Positions 17,600-30,172 of a stretch of 64,000 nt of DNA are shown here, piece after piece. This DNA is from Zootoca vivipara (Eukaryota), in contig NC_083277.1 of the NCBI RefSeq assembly GCF_963506605.1, forward strand, positions 5,518,001 to 5,582,000, read 5' to 3'. Positions within the stretch are counted from its first letter, which is position 1, and each line of letters starts with the position of its first letter. Position numbers and translations under genes: made by a program. A model generated the notes under the pieces. It worked only from the letters and a program-made list of their open reading frames with translations. It had not been told where the DNA came from and searched no databases.

Positions 17600-18800
17600 T
17601 CAGTAAAATCCTGGAGAGCTGTTTCCAGTGCTAAGCCGCATGTACTGATGGGACTGACTCGGTGAAAGGCAGAGCTACCTACGACTTTGCTTTGCGGATC
17701 CGGAGCATCCTTGCCCCTCCAAAGTCTGTCGCCCAAGTAATTTCGGGTTTGAATGCGACAAGGACTGAATCCGGATCCCTTTGCGTACTGGAGGCCTTTT
17801 TTTTTTTGCTCTGCCGCTAAGATTTTGGCCAAAAGCTGGACTTGGGGAGGGTTACTTTTGCATGAAGAGTCACGAAGGGGTCACGAAGAGTCGGATACGA
17901 CTAAACGACTAAACAACAACAACACTTTTGCATGCAGGCAAAGCAGCAAACTACAAGCGGAGACGCGTCGATCCTGGGAAGCGCTTTCCCAGCCCCAGTC
18001 TCCTGCCCCCGTGGGGAAGGGCGCTCTTTGCAAGCCAGATAAGGCAGATCCAATCTGGGGGACCTTGTGTGCATGCAAAGCAGGCAACCTGCCCCCTGAT
18101 CCATTGCACCCACAAAACACTTCCGGGGGGGCCAGCTTGGCCCTGCGATCGTGGGTCCCCGGGGCCGTGGGTGCCATGCGGCGTGCAGCATGGCCCTGGC
18201 ACCTAAATTTGTGGGTGCCCGTTCCCCTCCATGTTAAATTTTGTTGTGGGTGCTCGGGCACCCAGGGCCCCAGGGAGCTGGCACCCACCCACCTTGCTCC
18301 TGTGCCACCCTGGAGGGATTCCTCACCCACCCACCCCATTCTTACCAGTAGGGGAAAACCAGCACCCTCCTCCTACTCCAGGCACAGACCCCTCCCAGGT
18401 TTTTCCCCAATGTAGGAGGAAGTGACACCTTCTCTCCCCCCGCACACACAGAGTAAGTGCCCTTTCTAGGAATAAAAGCAAAGTGTTTTAACCCTTTATC
18501 ACCTGGAGGGGCAGCTGCGTTGCTGCAGTTGTTGCTGGACACGCAAACACACGCGCCCTCCAGCAGCCTGCGCGGATTTAGTTTGCCAGGAGTCTTGCAA
18601 AGTCCAAAGAGTGGTGCCGTCGGCTTTACATTACAAGGGCAGCTTCTGCGGGCATGATCCCCATCCATGATTGCTGGGGGGGGGGGGTTAGACTACAACT
18701 CCCATCAGCTCCCAGCCAGCACGTGGTGCCTAGGGGCTGATGGGAGCTGCAGTCCAAAAACTATATTCGAAGGGGAGCGCGCTCTTGCATTGTCTCCCAA
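17600..18800. promoter_or_regulatory. GC/CpG-rich putative promoter region between divergent genes 1 and 2
   Basis: Elevated CpG, GGAAGT ETS-like site (~18417), donor-like AGA|GTAAGT (~18451); lies between head-to-head genes. Confidence 0.4.
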
Positions 18801-19289
18801 GACAGAAGGAGCTTCGTGCCCGCGCCCCTAAACCCTTTAATTAAGCGAGCTTTGGATGATGTAGGTAGAAGAGGGTGGGGTGGGGATGGAGGGTTAAGGC
18901 AAGAGAGTGCCCCGCTTCCTAGAGAGGCTCATTAAAGAGTGTGGGCATTCACTTCCTGCTTGCCAAACCCACCGCCCCACACTTCTCCTGGAGGAGCAGC
19001 ATTTGGTGAGTGCAGAATGGGCGGGGGGGTCGTGGGTGGAAGGGAGAAAAGGACAGTGCAAGTCTAGGCAGTGGGCTTTTGTAGGGAGAAACCTCCCCAG
19101 CTAGTAAAGGGAGAGTGTAAAAGGCAGGCAGGTGAGGAGCAGCTGGTAGGGGGGTCCCTCTCCCCCCACCATCCCAACCCCCCCCTGGTCAAATGGGGCC
19201 ACGGCCACGCAGCCGACCAGAGTTTCTCCACGACACCCATCGTGGGGGAGAAACGTCCCCCTTTGGGCTGTTAATCTGGGAATTCCTGA

Positions 19290-19655
19290 GGTCATAGACT
19301 CAGTTGGAAGGGACCCCAAGAGCCATCTAGTCCAACCCTCTGCAATGCAGGAATCTCAGCTAAAGCATCCCTGACAGATGACCCTCCAACCTCTGCTTTA
19401 AAACCTCCAAGGAAGGAGAGTCCACCACCTCTCGTGGGAATCCGTTTCGGTGGGTCAGAAAGTTTTTTTCCTGATGTTGAGTCGCAATCTCTTTTCTTGT
19501 AGCTTGAAGCCATGGGTTCGAGTCCTACTCTCCGGAGCAGGAGAAAACAAGCATGCTCCCTCTTCCATGTGACAGCCCTTCAGATATTTGGAGGTGGCTA
19601 TCCTATCTCCTCCCCGCCTCCTCTTTTCCAGGCTAAACATACCCAGCTCCTTCAA
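19290..19655 (-). mobile_element. CR1 LINE 3' fragment
   Basis: Minus-strand [16 protein letters not shown]...KYLKGCH...GFKLQEKRLRLNIRK (CR1 ORF2 C-terminus). Confidence 0.85.
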
Positions 19656-19762
19656 GGGGCGTAAATCAAAACCCCAGGCCAGGAGTGCCTCTGGCACTCT
19701 GCCATAGTCAGCTTTGCAGGGACACCCAACTGCTTTTGTGGAGGGGGAGTGGCTGGCGGTTC

Positions 19763-19962
19763 NNNNNNNNNNNNNNNNNNNNNNNNNNNNNNNNNNNNNN
19801 NNNNNNNNNNNNNNNNNNNNNNNNNNNNNNNNNNNNNNNNNNNNNNNNNNNNNNNNNNNNNNNNNNNNNNNNNNNNNNNNNNNNNNNNNNNNNNNNNNNN
19901 NNNNNNNNNNNNNNNNNNNNNNNNNNNNNNNNNNNNNNNNNNNNNNNNNNNNNNNNNNNNNN
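19763..19962. other. Assembly gap (200 N)
   Basis: Run of N. Confidence 1.
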
Positions 19963-20115
19963 TGTGGTGGAGTCTCCTTCTTTGGAGGTCTTTAAGCAGA
20001 GACTTGGCAGGCATATGTCAAGAATGCTTTGATGGTGTTTCCTGCTCGGCAGGGGGATGGACTGGATGGCCCTGGTGGTTTCTGCCAACTCTACGATTCT
20101 CTGATTCTATGATTA
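19963..20115 (+). mobile_element. CR1 LINE 3' end
   Basis: VVESPSLEVFKQRL... followed by a GATTCTAT-type tail. Confidence 0.85.
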
Positions 20116-20310
20116 TTGCCATGGGTCTAGGGCGGGGGCAGCTGCCCCTCCCGATCAAGTAAATAAATAAAAACATTTAACTCAAGGCTGTCTTAAGCAT
20201 ATGCGGCGCCGGGGTGCAAAGATCCGGCCGGCACCCCTAGGTTCCCCAGAGTTGTCAGCTTTTTTTAGGGAGAGAACCCTCAAAGTTGTTGACTTTTTTT
20301 TAGGAAATAG

Positions 20311-20562
20311 AGAGCCAGTGTGGTGTAGTGGTTACCGGTAAGAGTGGTGGTCTCATAATCTGGTGAACCGGGTTCGCTTCCCCGCTCCTCCACATGCAGC
20401 TGCTGGGTGACCTTGGGCCAATCACACTTCTCTGAAGTCTCTCAGCCTCACTCACCTCACAGAGTGTTTGTTGTGGGGGAGGAAGGGAAAGGAGATTGTG
20501 AGCCGCTTTGAGACTCCATAGGGTAGTGATGAACTGGAATATCAAATCCAAACTACTACTAC

Positions 20563-20605
<43 letters not shown>
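20311..20605 (+). mobile_element. tRNA-derived SINE (Squam3-like)
   Basis: GCCAGTGTGGTGTAGTGGTT A-box, GGTTCGCTTCCC B-box, microsatellite tail; further copies at 24996, 38570, 53450 and 57353. Confidence 0.8.
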
Positions 20606-21020
20606 TATTGAATGTATATACCGCCATATACCCAGGTGTTTCAGGGTGGTTCACAGAATAAAATCAAGATATAAAACCGCAAAATACTCCATAAAAACAA
20701 AAACAATCCAATACCCCACCCCCTCAGAAAACACATTTTCAAAGGGTATAGGATGTAAATCAGGTCACCAAAGGCCTGGTTCAAAGGGAACGTTTTTGCC
20801 TGGCGCCTAAAGGTGTATAATGAAGGCACCAGGTGAACTTCCCTGGGAAGAGCATTCCATAGATGGGGAGCCACTACAGAGAAGGCCCTGTTCTCGTGTT
20901 GCCACCCTTCCGAACCTCTTGAGGAGAAGGCACACAAAGAAGGGCCTCAGACGTTTATCTTAGGGTCCGGGTAGGTTCATATGGAAAGAGTCCTTGAGGT
21001 ATTGCAGTCCTGAGCCGTTT
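20606..21020 (-). mobile_element. L2 LINE 3' fragment
   Basis: Minus-strand ORF RAFSVVAPHLWNALPREV...TFRRQAKT. Confidence 0.8.
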
Positions 21021-21332
21021 CTTCTTCTTACTATTGTTGTTATTATTATTCCATCCATCTGACTAGGTTGCCCCAGCCACACTGGGCAGCTTCTACTGTA
21101 GTTTAAAACAACTTACAGAGTCTGGGCTGGTACTATCTAGCCCTGGTTCCTAGCAAGGTGCATCTATGCTTGCTCGGGGAGCATTTTGCTTCTCCTGACA
21201 GTGTATCAATTTTACAACAGAATTATGTATTTGCTCTGTAGGTTTGGTCGCGCCTCAAATTAGGACAGACAGAACTCGGCATACGGCAAAAGGGATTCCT
21301 TCTGACCCTTTGGAGGCTTCCTGAGAGCACAG

Positions 21333-24300
21333 ATGAATGAACAAGACTCAGCTGACCCTGAAGCAGGAAGGGGCAATGCCATCGAAACGGGGAACAGTGG
21401 TGGATTCTGGGAAAACTCTGTGCAGAAGATCCTAGGCGAGGAGGACACCCCCAGCTCAAATGTCCAGAGCCAGCAGTTCAGGCAGTTCTGCTACCAGGAG
21501 GCTGAGGGACCCCGAGAGGTTTGCAGCCGACTCTACCACCTTTACCGCCAGTGGCTGAAGCCAGAAAGGCATACGAAAGCTCAGATGCTGGACCTGGTGA
21601 TCTTGGAGCAGTTCTTGGCTATCCTTCCACCAGAGATGGAGAGCTGGGTGAGGGAATGTGGAGCGGAGACCAGTTCCCAGGCGGTGGCTCTGGCCGAAGG
21701 TTTCCTCCTGAGTCAGGCTGAGCAGCAGGTGAGAGAGACTTTCCTCTGGATCCTCCCAAGGGGCTTAGAACATGAGGGAGAGTCTCCCAAAATTCTCTAC
21801 TAATTGCCCATCCCTTTTTTGAAAAGCATCCTGATACCCTTAAAGTTTCTGCTTCTTGCCGTTCCTTTTCTAATCCTTCTCCCCATTCTCTGTTTTGAAT
21901 CCTCGTTGCCCCTACAGAAAAAGGATTTATTTGCAGAAATGGGCACTGGCTACTCGGAGGTGAAGAAAACTCAGTTGGAAACCAGAGAAAGGCCACTTGG
22001 TAAGAATGAATGCTTTTTTCTCTCTCCATTTGGTCACATCCTGCTGATTTTGAAACTAACCTGTGAGTCCTTTTACACTTCGGTCCAAAAGCCCAAGGGA
22101 CGCGGGTGGCGCTGTGGGTTAAACCACAGAGCCTAGGGCTTGCCGATCAGAAGGTTGGCAGTTCGAATCCCCGCGACGGGGTGAGCTCCCATTGCTCGGT
22201 CCCAGCTCCTGCCAACCTAGCCGTTCGAAAGCACGTCAAAGTGCAAGTAGATAAATAGGTACCGCTCCAAGCAGGAAGGTAAACAGCGTTTCTGTGTGCT
22301 GCTCTGGTTCGCCAGTAGCGGCTTTGTCATGCTGGCCACATGACCTGGAAGCTGTACGCCGGCTCCCTCGACCAATAACTCAAGATGAGCGCCACAGCCC
22401 CAGAGTCTGTCACGACTGGACCTAATGGTCAAGGGTCCTTTTACCAAAAGCCCAAGGGAGATTTATTTTTACACAACTAAAGTATGAAATGAGTGTAAAC
22501 ATGCACATGCACTCAGCAGGTGAGACTTTTTCGAAGGCCCACCTGTAGTTAGAGATGCACTGCTTAACCTCTGAGAGAACGGCTTCCCATATTACCTTTG
22601 TCTCTCACAGGTGACAGAATGATGCCAGCAAGACCCCCTCATCCATCATTTCATGGTGGCCGAGGGGAAGCAGTGGCTGTGGAACCAGGTCAGGTAAGAG
22701 GAAGGAGCATTGTGGGGAAAGAGGCTGAAGAGAGGGGCAGTTTGGTGCCTCTGGGCTCGAACGAATTTCTCTCCTCTTTGCTTCTGTCGAAGCTGTCCTT
22801 AACAAAAGCTGGGAAAGCTATCCAATAAGGTTTATGTGGTGAGAATAACAGCCGCCTCACCTTAACTAGCCTTCTGAATATCATTAGTATCATTTATCGG
22901 TACCTGGAGTTTTCTTTATATAGTCATCGTTTAATGCTAACATAGGCTTCTAAGTAGTTTGCAAACCACAGCAAGCAGTGACCAAGATTCACCGAACCAC
23001 CCCATCAGTCGCACCATAGGACTTTCGCCACTTTCCTTGTGCCCCCTTGTGCCCCTTGAAGTTGGCTTTCGGGCGTCACACCAAAAAGAACAGCACTTGG
23101 GGAGAGTAGAGAGGGGATCCTTCCATCTTGCAAACTTGAATGCCCACGCAGACAGAATGATTTGAAGAGCAGAATGTTGAGTTCCACCCATTTATACAAC
23201 GATTAATGCCCACCATTAAAATGCACAATAAAAAACTCATTAAAACGTTAAAATAAGCATCCAATTAAAATGTGCAGCAAAACAATTCCATTAAAACAAC
23301 AAACTATCTATCTATCATCTATCATTTTTATTAAATTTTCTGTTTTGCATTTTAAGATACTCATTTTTACATCCTTAAGATATCAGTGATTTCCCTTGTA
23401 GTCTTTCCATGGTTCATATCACATATCATAAACCCCTGCATATTTTACAAAAACTATACCATTCAGTATTCCATTATTGCATCCATCAAAGCTTATTTAC
23501 GCTGTTGAATTTATCTTAATGCTTCCAGCATCTTCAGCTGTAAGCAATTATTTCCCATATCTAGATATATAAAAATGTAAAAATCGTGAAAGTGTGGGCT
23601 CCACTTTTCTCCGTAACCGCTTGACCGATCGTCCTGAAATTTTGACACAACGATCCAGCCCACTCCCCGGGTGTTCCTAGAAAAAAATCCCTCAGAACTC
23701 ACACCTGCGCAGGTACAGACCTCTTTTTCAACAAAGTAAAACAGCACCCTCAAGTGCATTTCTTCCCACAGTACACCCACTCCCTTCCTGTGAAATCTAC
23801 ACCACACCCACAAACCCCGCCTCCACCACGAGATCCACCACTCACATACATCCATCCGGCAGAGGTATTGAAGTCCTCAGCAGAACTGAAAACAGGCCTT
23901 TTACAGCAACAAGGCCCAACATTGCCAAGTGGAAGTAGGGGCCTGTCGGGGGGGGATGGGGGCCCGAATAGAGGGCAGGGATAGGTAATGGGCCGCAACA
24001 GGGTGGGGGGAGACACAGGGATCAAACCTGCCCTCTCCACAGTATCTCGCCTCGGCTCAGGGGGACTCTGAGGCTCAGGGGGATCTGAAGGGGGGCTATT
24101 ACCCTCCATCTCACAGACTAACACACAGCAACGCGTGCAGAACCAGCTAGTATTCAATAAACATTTTCCAATCTTCTCCAAACGTATGTTCTTCTTGTTC
24201 TCTTATTCTATATGTTAAGTCTGTAAGCTGCGCATATTCTGTCAACAACAAACAATTAACAGGCAGAAAACAACAGGGCGATGTGTAAATAATACTTATG

Positions 24301-26287
24301 CTAAGAGGAGGACATTTTTCTTTTTCTTTAGGGTCCAGTTTGCTTTGAAGAAGTAGCAGTTTATTTCACAGATGATGAGTGGGCGTTGCTGGATGCTGAC
24401 CAGAGAGCTCTGCATAACGAAGTCATGGAGGAGAATTGTGGGCTCATGGCTTTTCTCAGTAAGGCTCCCTGTTGGATCATAATATCTTTTGTGAAATTCA
24501 GTACCTATCTCTGAGACGACCCTCCCAATATTTTGATGTAGCTCAGCCGCGCCACCTACAGCATCTGGCGTTCTAACACCCCAACAGATAACCTTGAGTT
24601 TGTTGTTTGGTCTGTGAATAATCTTTCTCCAGTTATGCCATGTTAAACAATGATCAGGCTGGTCTGAACTGCCCAGGACTTTTTAAACGTAAGCTTCAGA
24701 GTTGTTAGGGAAGTGGATTCTGTCAGGTTTGTCGTTTTTTTCTTTTTTCTTCTGTCAGTGTTTGGTTGGCAAAAGAGACTACTGACTTTGGAGATGGAGT
24801 GGATTCCATGACTGGGCCAAACAAAATCCATCCCAGGTTTCTTGAATCTCAGGTTCCCATAANNNNNNNNNNNNNNNNNNNNNNNNNNNNNNNNNNNNNN
24901 NNNNNNNNNNNNNNNNNNNNNNNNNNNNNNNNNNNNNNNNNNNNNNNNNNNNNNNNNNNNNNNNNNNNNNNNNNNNNNNNNNNNNNNNNNNNNNNCCCAC
25001 TTTATCACTACCCTAAGGAGTCTCAAAGCAGCTAACATTCTCCTTTCCCTTCCTCCCCCACAACAAACACTCTGTGAGGTGAGTGGGGCTGAGAGACTTC
25101 AGAGAAGTGTGACTAGCCCAAGGTCACCCAGCAGCTGCATGTGGAGGAGCGGAGACGCGAACCCGGTTCCCCAGATTACGAGTCTACCGCTCTTAAACAC
25201 TACACCACACTGGCTCTGTGAACCCTGTAGTAAGACCTCACATCAAACTCCCTTCTGTTATTTCCCCAGCACAAATTTTAATTTGGATTGTTCAATAATT
25301 TGGGGCTCCATTTCTTCCTGAGGCTCTGATCTATTTCTCTCTTTATTTACAGGTGGTGATAAATCAGAAATTAAGAACAAGGGAGACAACAACAAAATCC
25401 CTTATGAACGTTTGGGGTGTAGAGATGGCTTCAGCCAGAGGTTCCACTCCACTTCCCATCAAAGAAATCCCACTGGGAAGAAATTATATCAGTGCTCAGA
25501 ATGTGGAAAGAGCTTCAGTCAGAGCTCAAATCTCACTTCCCATCAAAGAATCCATACTGGAGAGAAACCCTATCAGTGCCTGGAATGTGGAAAGAGCTTT
25601 AATCGGAACTCACATCTCACGTCCCATCAAAGAATCCACACCAAGGAGAAGCCATATTACTGCTTGGAATGTGGAAAGAGCTTCACTCGGAACTCCAATC
25701 TTACTTTACATGAAAGGATTCACAGAGGGGAGGAACCATTTAAATGTATGGAATGTGGAAATAGCTTCAATTCCAAGAGAAGTCTCACTTCGCATCAAAG
25801 AGTTCATAGTGGGAAGAAACCATATCAGTGCTTAGAATGTGGAAAGTGCTTCACCTGGAAGGAAAGTCTCACTTCCCATCAAAGAATTCATACAGGGGAG
25901 AAACCATATCAGTGCTTGGAATGTGGTAAGAGCTTTAATACAAGCACAAACTTCCGTCGACATCAGAGAATTCATAGTGGGGAGAAGCCATATCAATGCT
26001 TGGAATGTGGGAAATGCTTTAATACAAGCACAAACTTCCATAGTCATCAAAGTATTCACCGTGGGGAGAAACCATTTCAATGTCAAGAGTGTGGAAAAAG
26101 TTTCAGTCGGAAGGAAAGTCTCACTTCCCACCAAAGGATCCATACTGGCGAGAAGCCATATCAGTGCATGGAATGCGGAAAGAGATTCAGCCAGAGTTCC
26201 AATCTCACTTCCCATCAAAGAACTCACAGTGGGGAGAAACCGTATCAATGGTTGTATACAAATTTATTTTTAGGAGATTTTATTTAG
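21333..26287 (+). CDS. Gene 2: SCAN-KRAB-C2H2 zinc finger protein, ~540 aa, 9 fingers. Exons 21333-21728 (SCAN), 21918-21999, 22611-22693, 24332-24458 (KRAB-A), 25353-26287 (ZF)
   Basis: SCAN motif; [26 protein letters not shown]; 9 intact fingers; GT-AG junctions in frame (82/83/127-nt exons). An N gap lies in the last intron. Confidence 0.88.
22097..22443 (+). mobile_element. Full-length Sauria SINE (Squam1, lacertid type)
   Basis: GGGACGCGGGTGGCGCTGTGG head, GTTCGAATCCC B-box, ACCTTT-type tail, TSD CCAAAAGCCCAA(GGGA). Confidence 0.92.
23325..24245 (-). mobile_element. L1/Tx1-like LINE 3' fragment interrupted by a Helitron
   Basis: Minus strand reads [30 protein letters not shown], resembling an L1-clade ORF2 C-terminus; the sequence rejoins across 23559/24151. 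Confidence 0.6.
23560..24150 (+). mobile_element. Complete non-autonomous Helitron (591 bp)
   Basis: A|TCTAGATATATAAAAATG 5' end, CACAGCAACGCGTG...CAGCTAG|T 3' end, inserted at an A|T site with no TSD. Confidence 0.82.
24863..24995. other. Assembly gap (133 N)
   Basis: Run of N. Confidence 1.
24996..25216 (-). mobile_element. Squam3-like SINE
   Basis: Reverse complement of the SINE at 20311. Confidence 0.8.
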
Positions 26288-27740
26288 TACGTGGGTGAGG
26301 ATAGCAACAAGATATTGTCATTTGCCATTGCAGCTAAAAGTTGCTCTTCTTGTCTCTCAAAACCACGGACTGCACTTTTAGTGCCCATAATTAAATTCAT
26401 ACCACATGCCCAGCCCTTCTTCACATCAGATCTGGAGAGAGGCTAAAGAGAGATTCGGAAACACTGATGAGGTAGCCATCACCGCAGAGGTTTCCTTTGG
26501 AGAACTTGACCAGCAATTCATGTACTCCAAGAGCCTCCAAGTTGCAATTTTGTGGTGCTCCTGATTGCCACTGCCATCCTCAGCATGTCTGGGTGGTGGT
26601 GGTGGCATATTGTAGCTCTTCCTCATGTCTGCTGAAAACACACAGGACATCTGCCAGAAAAGCCACAGGTTTTAGGTGTTCCTCTGTGAGAAGGGTTTTG
26701 AAAGGGTTCCCTTCCATAAGGAAGAAAACGTCCTCTGTTCATCATACCTCAGAGGTGGTTGGGTGCAACAACAAGCAACATTTATTTCCTTCAGCAACTA
26801 CAGTTATCATCTGCACCTGTATTGTACATGGAAGAAGGCTCCGATTGAACCGAGATTCTGAATAACATGGCTCAGCCCAGGGCCAGTGTCTTACACCTTA
26901 TTCCATGCCACATGGACAGAGCACCAGATCTTCGCCAGTGGGGCATTTTTGTAAGTGTCTCACATGCTTTCCTTGAGCAGCTGACACTGTTCTACTTCCT
27001 CCCCGGTGTTAACTTGAGATTCAGTCAGTCATAACAGACAGCGTATTTTTGAAACCGTGCTGGGTGGCCGTGTCTCCAGTCAAGGCCTTCACCTGAGACC
27101 TTGCACCCCACGGATTGTCAAGTCTCGCATGACCAAGAAGGCTTGTTCTTCTTCCTCAAGATGTGTATCCTGCCTACCAATCTGTCACCTGCGGACCCTT
27201 CCCCTCAGCTATTATTGAATCCAAATGTATCTATTATAACATGAAATGTACTGTAAATTAAGTTGACGTAAATACGTTCTGTTTACAAAGTGTTACGGTA
27301 TACTAGGGTGTGACACCCTCATGCGCCCCCCCCCCAAACCTGGTTCCCAAAGATCCTCAGGAGAGAATGAAGTCTCTAGAGATTCCTGATGGTCCCTGTT
27401 CTCAGAGCGAGTTGCAATTCTTGTGATAGGATCACTTCTAAGCTAAAATTCCTCTCTGCATATTGATATCAGGCAGGCAGTTTTGCTGTACTCTTTTCGG
27501 TGCCAGCTTAACATATGTTTGTTCAGGCAAACCTTTCCAGGTGCATAGATGTTGATGTGTTTCAATCTTAACATTGTTAATGTTGACATTTTTACGGTTT
27601 TAACTTAGCTGTTTAATTTAAATGTTTTTTATTGTTTTCAGTGTTTTTTACCGGTAATTGATAACTTTGACACTTTGGGTAAACCGTCTAAGAGGTTTTG
27701 TTACCATCCGGTGGCATATAAAGTTTTGTTGAATGTTGTT

Positions 27741-28392
27741 TTGTTGTTTAGTCGTTTAGTCGTGTCCAACTCTTCGTGACCCCATGGACCATAGCACGCC
27801 AGGCACTCCTGTCTTCCACTGCCTCCTGCAGTTTGGTCAAACTCATGTTTGTAGCTTCGAGAACACTGTCCAACCATCTCGTCCTCTGTCGCCCCCTTCT
27901 CCTTGTGCCCTCAATCTTTCCCAACATCAAGGTCTTTTCCAAGGATTCTTCTCTTCTCATGAGGTGGCCAAAGTATTGGAGCCTCAGCTTCACGATCTGT
28001 CCTTCCAGTGAGCACTCAGGGCTGATTTCCTTAAGAATGGATAGGTTTGATCTTCTTGCAGTCCATGGGACTCTCAAGAGTCTCCTCCAGCACCATAACT
28101 CAAAAGCATCAATTCTTCGGCGATCAGCCTTCTTTATGGTCCAGCTCTCACTTCCATACATTACTACTGGGAAAACCATAGCTTTAACTATACGGACCTT
28201 TGTAGGCAAGGTGATGTCTCTGCTTTTTAAGATGCTGTCTAGGTTTGTCATTGCTTTTCTCCCAAGAAGCAGGCGTCTTTTAATTTCGTGACTGCTGTCA
28301 CCATCTGCAGTGATCAAGGAGCCCAAGAAAGTAAAATCTCTCACTGCCTCCATTTCTTCCCCTTCTATTTGCCAGGAGGTGATGGGACCAGT
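27741..28392 (-). mobile_element. BovB LINE 3' fragment (~650 bp, reading frame still open)
   Basis: ORF GPITSWQIEGEEMEAVRDFTFLGS...MYGSESWT...HGVTKSWTRLND. Confidence 0.93.
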
Positions 28393-29599
28393 GAATATAA
28401 ATAATATATTTGTTGAATATAAATAAATAAATCCCACCCACTCCAATGTGTGTATGGGGGAAGGGCTTAGAAACCTGTTTTGCTTTGTTTTCCTGAACAC
28501 TTGCAATAGGGACTTATTTCGCAGCCGAAGTGTGAAAACAATAAATACTGCTTTCTTTGGTTCTGTGTACCTGTTGCCTGCTGTAAGCATAGCAGCTCAA
28601 TACAACCTTTGATTTGGATCACAACTGAATTTGGGAGTTCCGTATGATGAGATAAGAGAGACCTGGTCTGAATAGAGACATAGGATTCTTATCTCATTAT
28701 ATTGTACATGATAAAGCTATTTTTAGCCATCTCACCCCTTGCTTTTTTCTGTAAGACCAATTGCAGTCCTTAACAGTCATCAACAGGTTTACCACACCTA
28801 TCGGCCAATCACCTAATGACAAACTTAGTTGGTCTCTAAGGTGCTACTGGAAGGAATTTTTTTATTTTGGTGATAATTATGTTCCTGGCAGAGTCTATTC
28901 ATGCATACACAATGCAGTTGTCAATAACACAAATATCCTAGCACCGGGGTATCAAGTTTAACTTGTCCCATTGCTGATGGTGAGCATATTCCTCAAAACC
29001 ATCGCATGAAATAAAAATAAAATTTTCTAGTTCTTCATGAAGCAATAATTCAAAGAGTGTGGTAACGTGGATGGTGTTGTCTTCTTCCAATTAGGAGCCT
29101 TCTAATTGGGTCATGGTTCCTGTGCTGAAATAGTCTGTTCCGCCAAGAAATCAAAAATGTAAAGACCTGCCTCCCTCAAATACCAAGAGCTGCAGTTTAC
29201 CCTTTACTGTATAGATAGACCTACAATTTCCAGCACCCTTCGCAAACTTCAGTTCCAGGGATTCTCGTGCAGGGAGTATGTGTGTAAAAACGTAATGTAA
29301 ATATACTTGGCTGTGCAAAACACCCATCTCAACCCCTAAACTGGAAACGGGAAATCGCCCCGCACCCTTTCACCTGCTTTGTTGGGAGCAGTCCTGTGTG
29401 CTCCGCCAAGAAATTGGAACTTTGGAGGGACCTGGGGTGTCACTGGGTCTGTGTACACACAAGCCTGCATCTAAAGACCTGCCTTCCCACCCACATCCCG
29501 CCTCATCCACCCAATACTGAGTTCACCCCTTTGCAGAACTACAGTTCCCAGCACCCTTTGCAAACTGTATTTCCCAGGGGTTGGAATGTGCTGGGCAGC

Positions 29600-29994
29600 G
29601 CAAGAAGGGGGAGGCGGTTGGATCTGCTGCTTGGATCTGATTGAGCGGAGGCGCCCAGGAGTGGAACCCGGGGACCATCTGCACGCCCAGCAAGCGCCCT
29701 GTGACCAACGATGTTGCACCCTAGAGGGGACAGGAAGTGGTCGGGCGGAGGCAGGACGGAACCGCGCTGGCAAAACATCCTGCTTCCGAAGCCTCTTCCT
29801 TCCTGGCTTAACCTGGACCAACGATGTTGCTCCCTAGAGGGGACAGGAAGTGGTCGGGCGGAGGCAGGGCGGAAGCGCGCCGGCAAAACATCCGGCCTCC
29901 GAAGCTTCTTCCTTCCTGGCTTCACACTCGGGCTGGAGAAAGTGGCCTTTGTCTCTCCTGGAGGCCGCGTCCTCGCTCGCCCTTCCGGCAACCG
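29600..29994 (+). promoter_or_regulatory. CpG-rich promoter and non-coding first exon of gene 3, with a ~113-bp tandem duplication
   Basis: CpG-rich; duplicated GGAAGTGGTCGGGCGG (ETS and GC boxes); donor CCG|GTGAGC at 29994; homologous to 59680-59886. Confidence 0.6.
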
Positions 29995-30172
29995 GTGAGC
30001 CCCCTCTCTGTGACGCGCGTTTTTGTGAAGTGGGGTCCCTGGGTTGTGGGGGGGTGTTTTTTGGTGCCGAGGGGGTCAGGGACACACACACCGAGTCCCC
30101 GGATCAGGTGGTGGAAATTCTCTCCCTCCCTCCCTGTCTCTGCAAAGCCAAGCCAGGTTTATAGATAAATGT

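Noticed and set aside
19652-20162. ORFs spanning N runs (also 24643-25038)
   Set aside because: Artefacts of assembly gaps.
20311-20390. tRNA genes at SINE heads (also 22097, 35030, 57353)
   Set aside because: A and B boxes continue into SINE bodies and tails, with no complete cloverleaf.
20508-20810. Poly-Leu/Ile/Phe ORFs (also 38369-38770, 41308-41502, 48189-48548)
   Set aside because: Translations of (ATT)n, (TTC)n and (GGA)n microsatellites.
27748-28590. 280-aa ORF as a host gene or active retrotransposon
   Set aside because: It is a 5'-truncated BovB ORF read in from flanking DNA, and it lacks the endonuclease and RT core.
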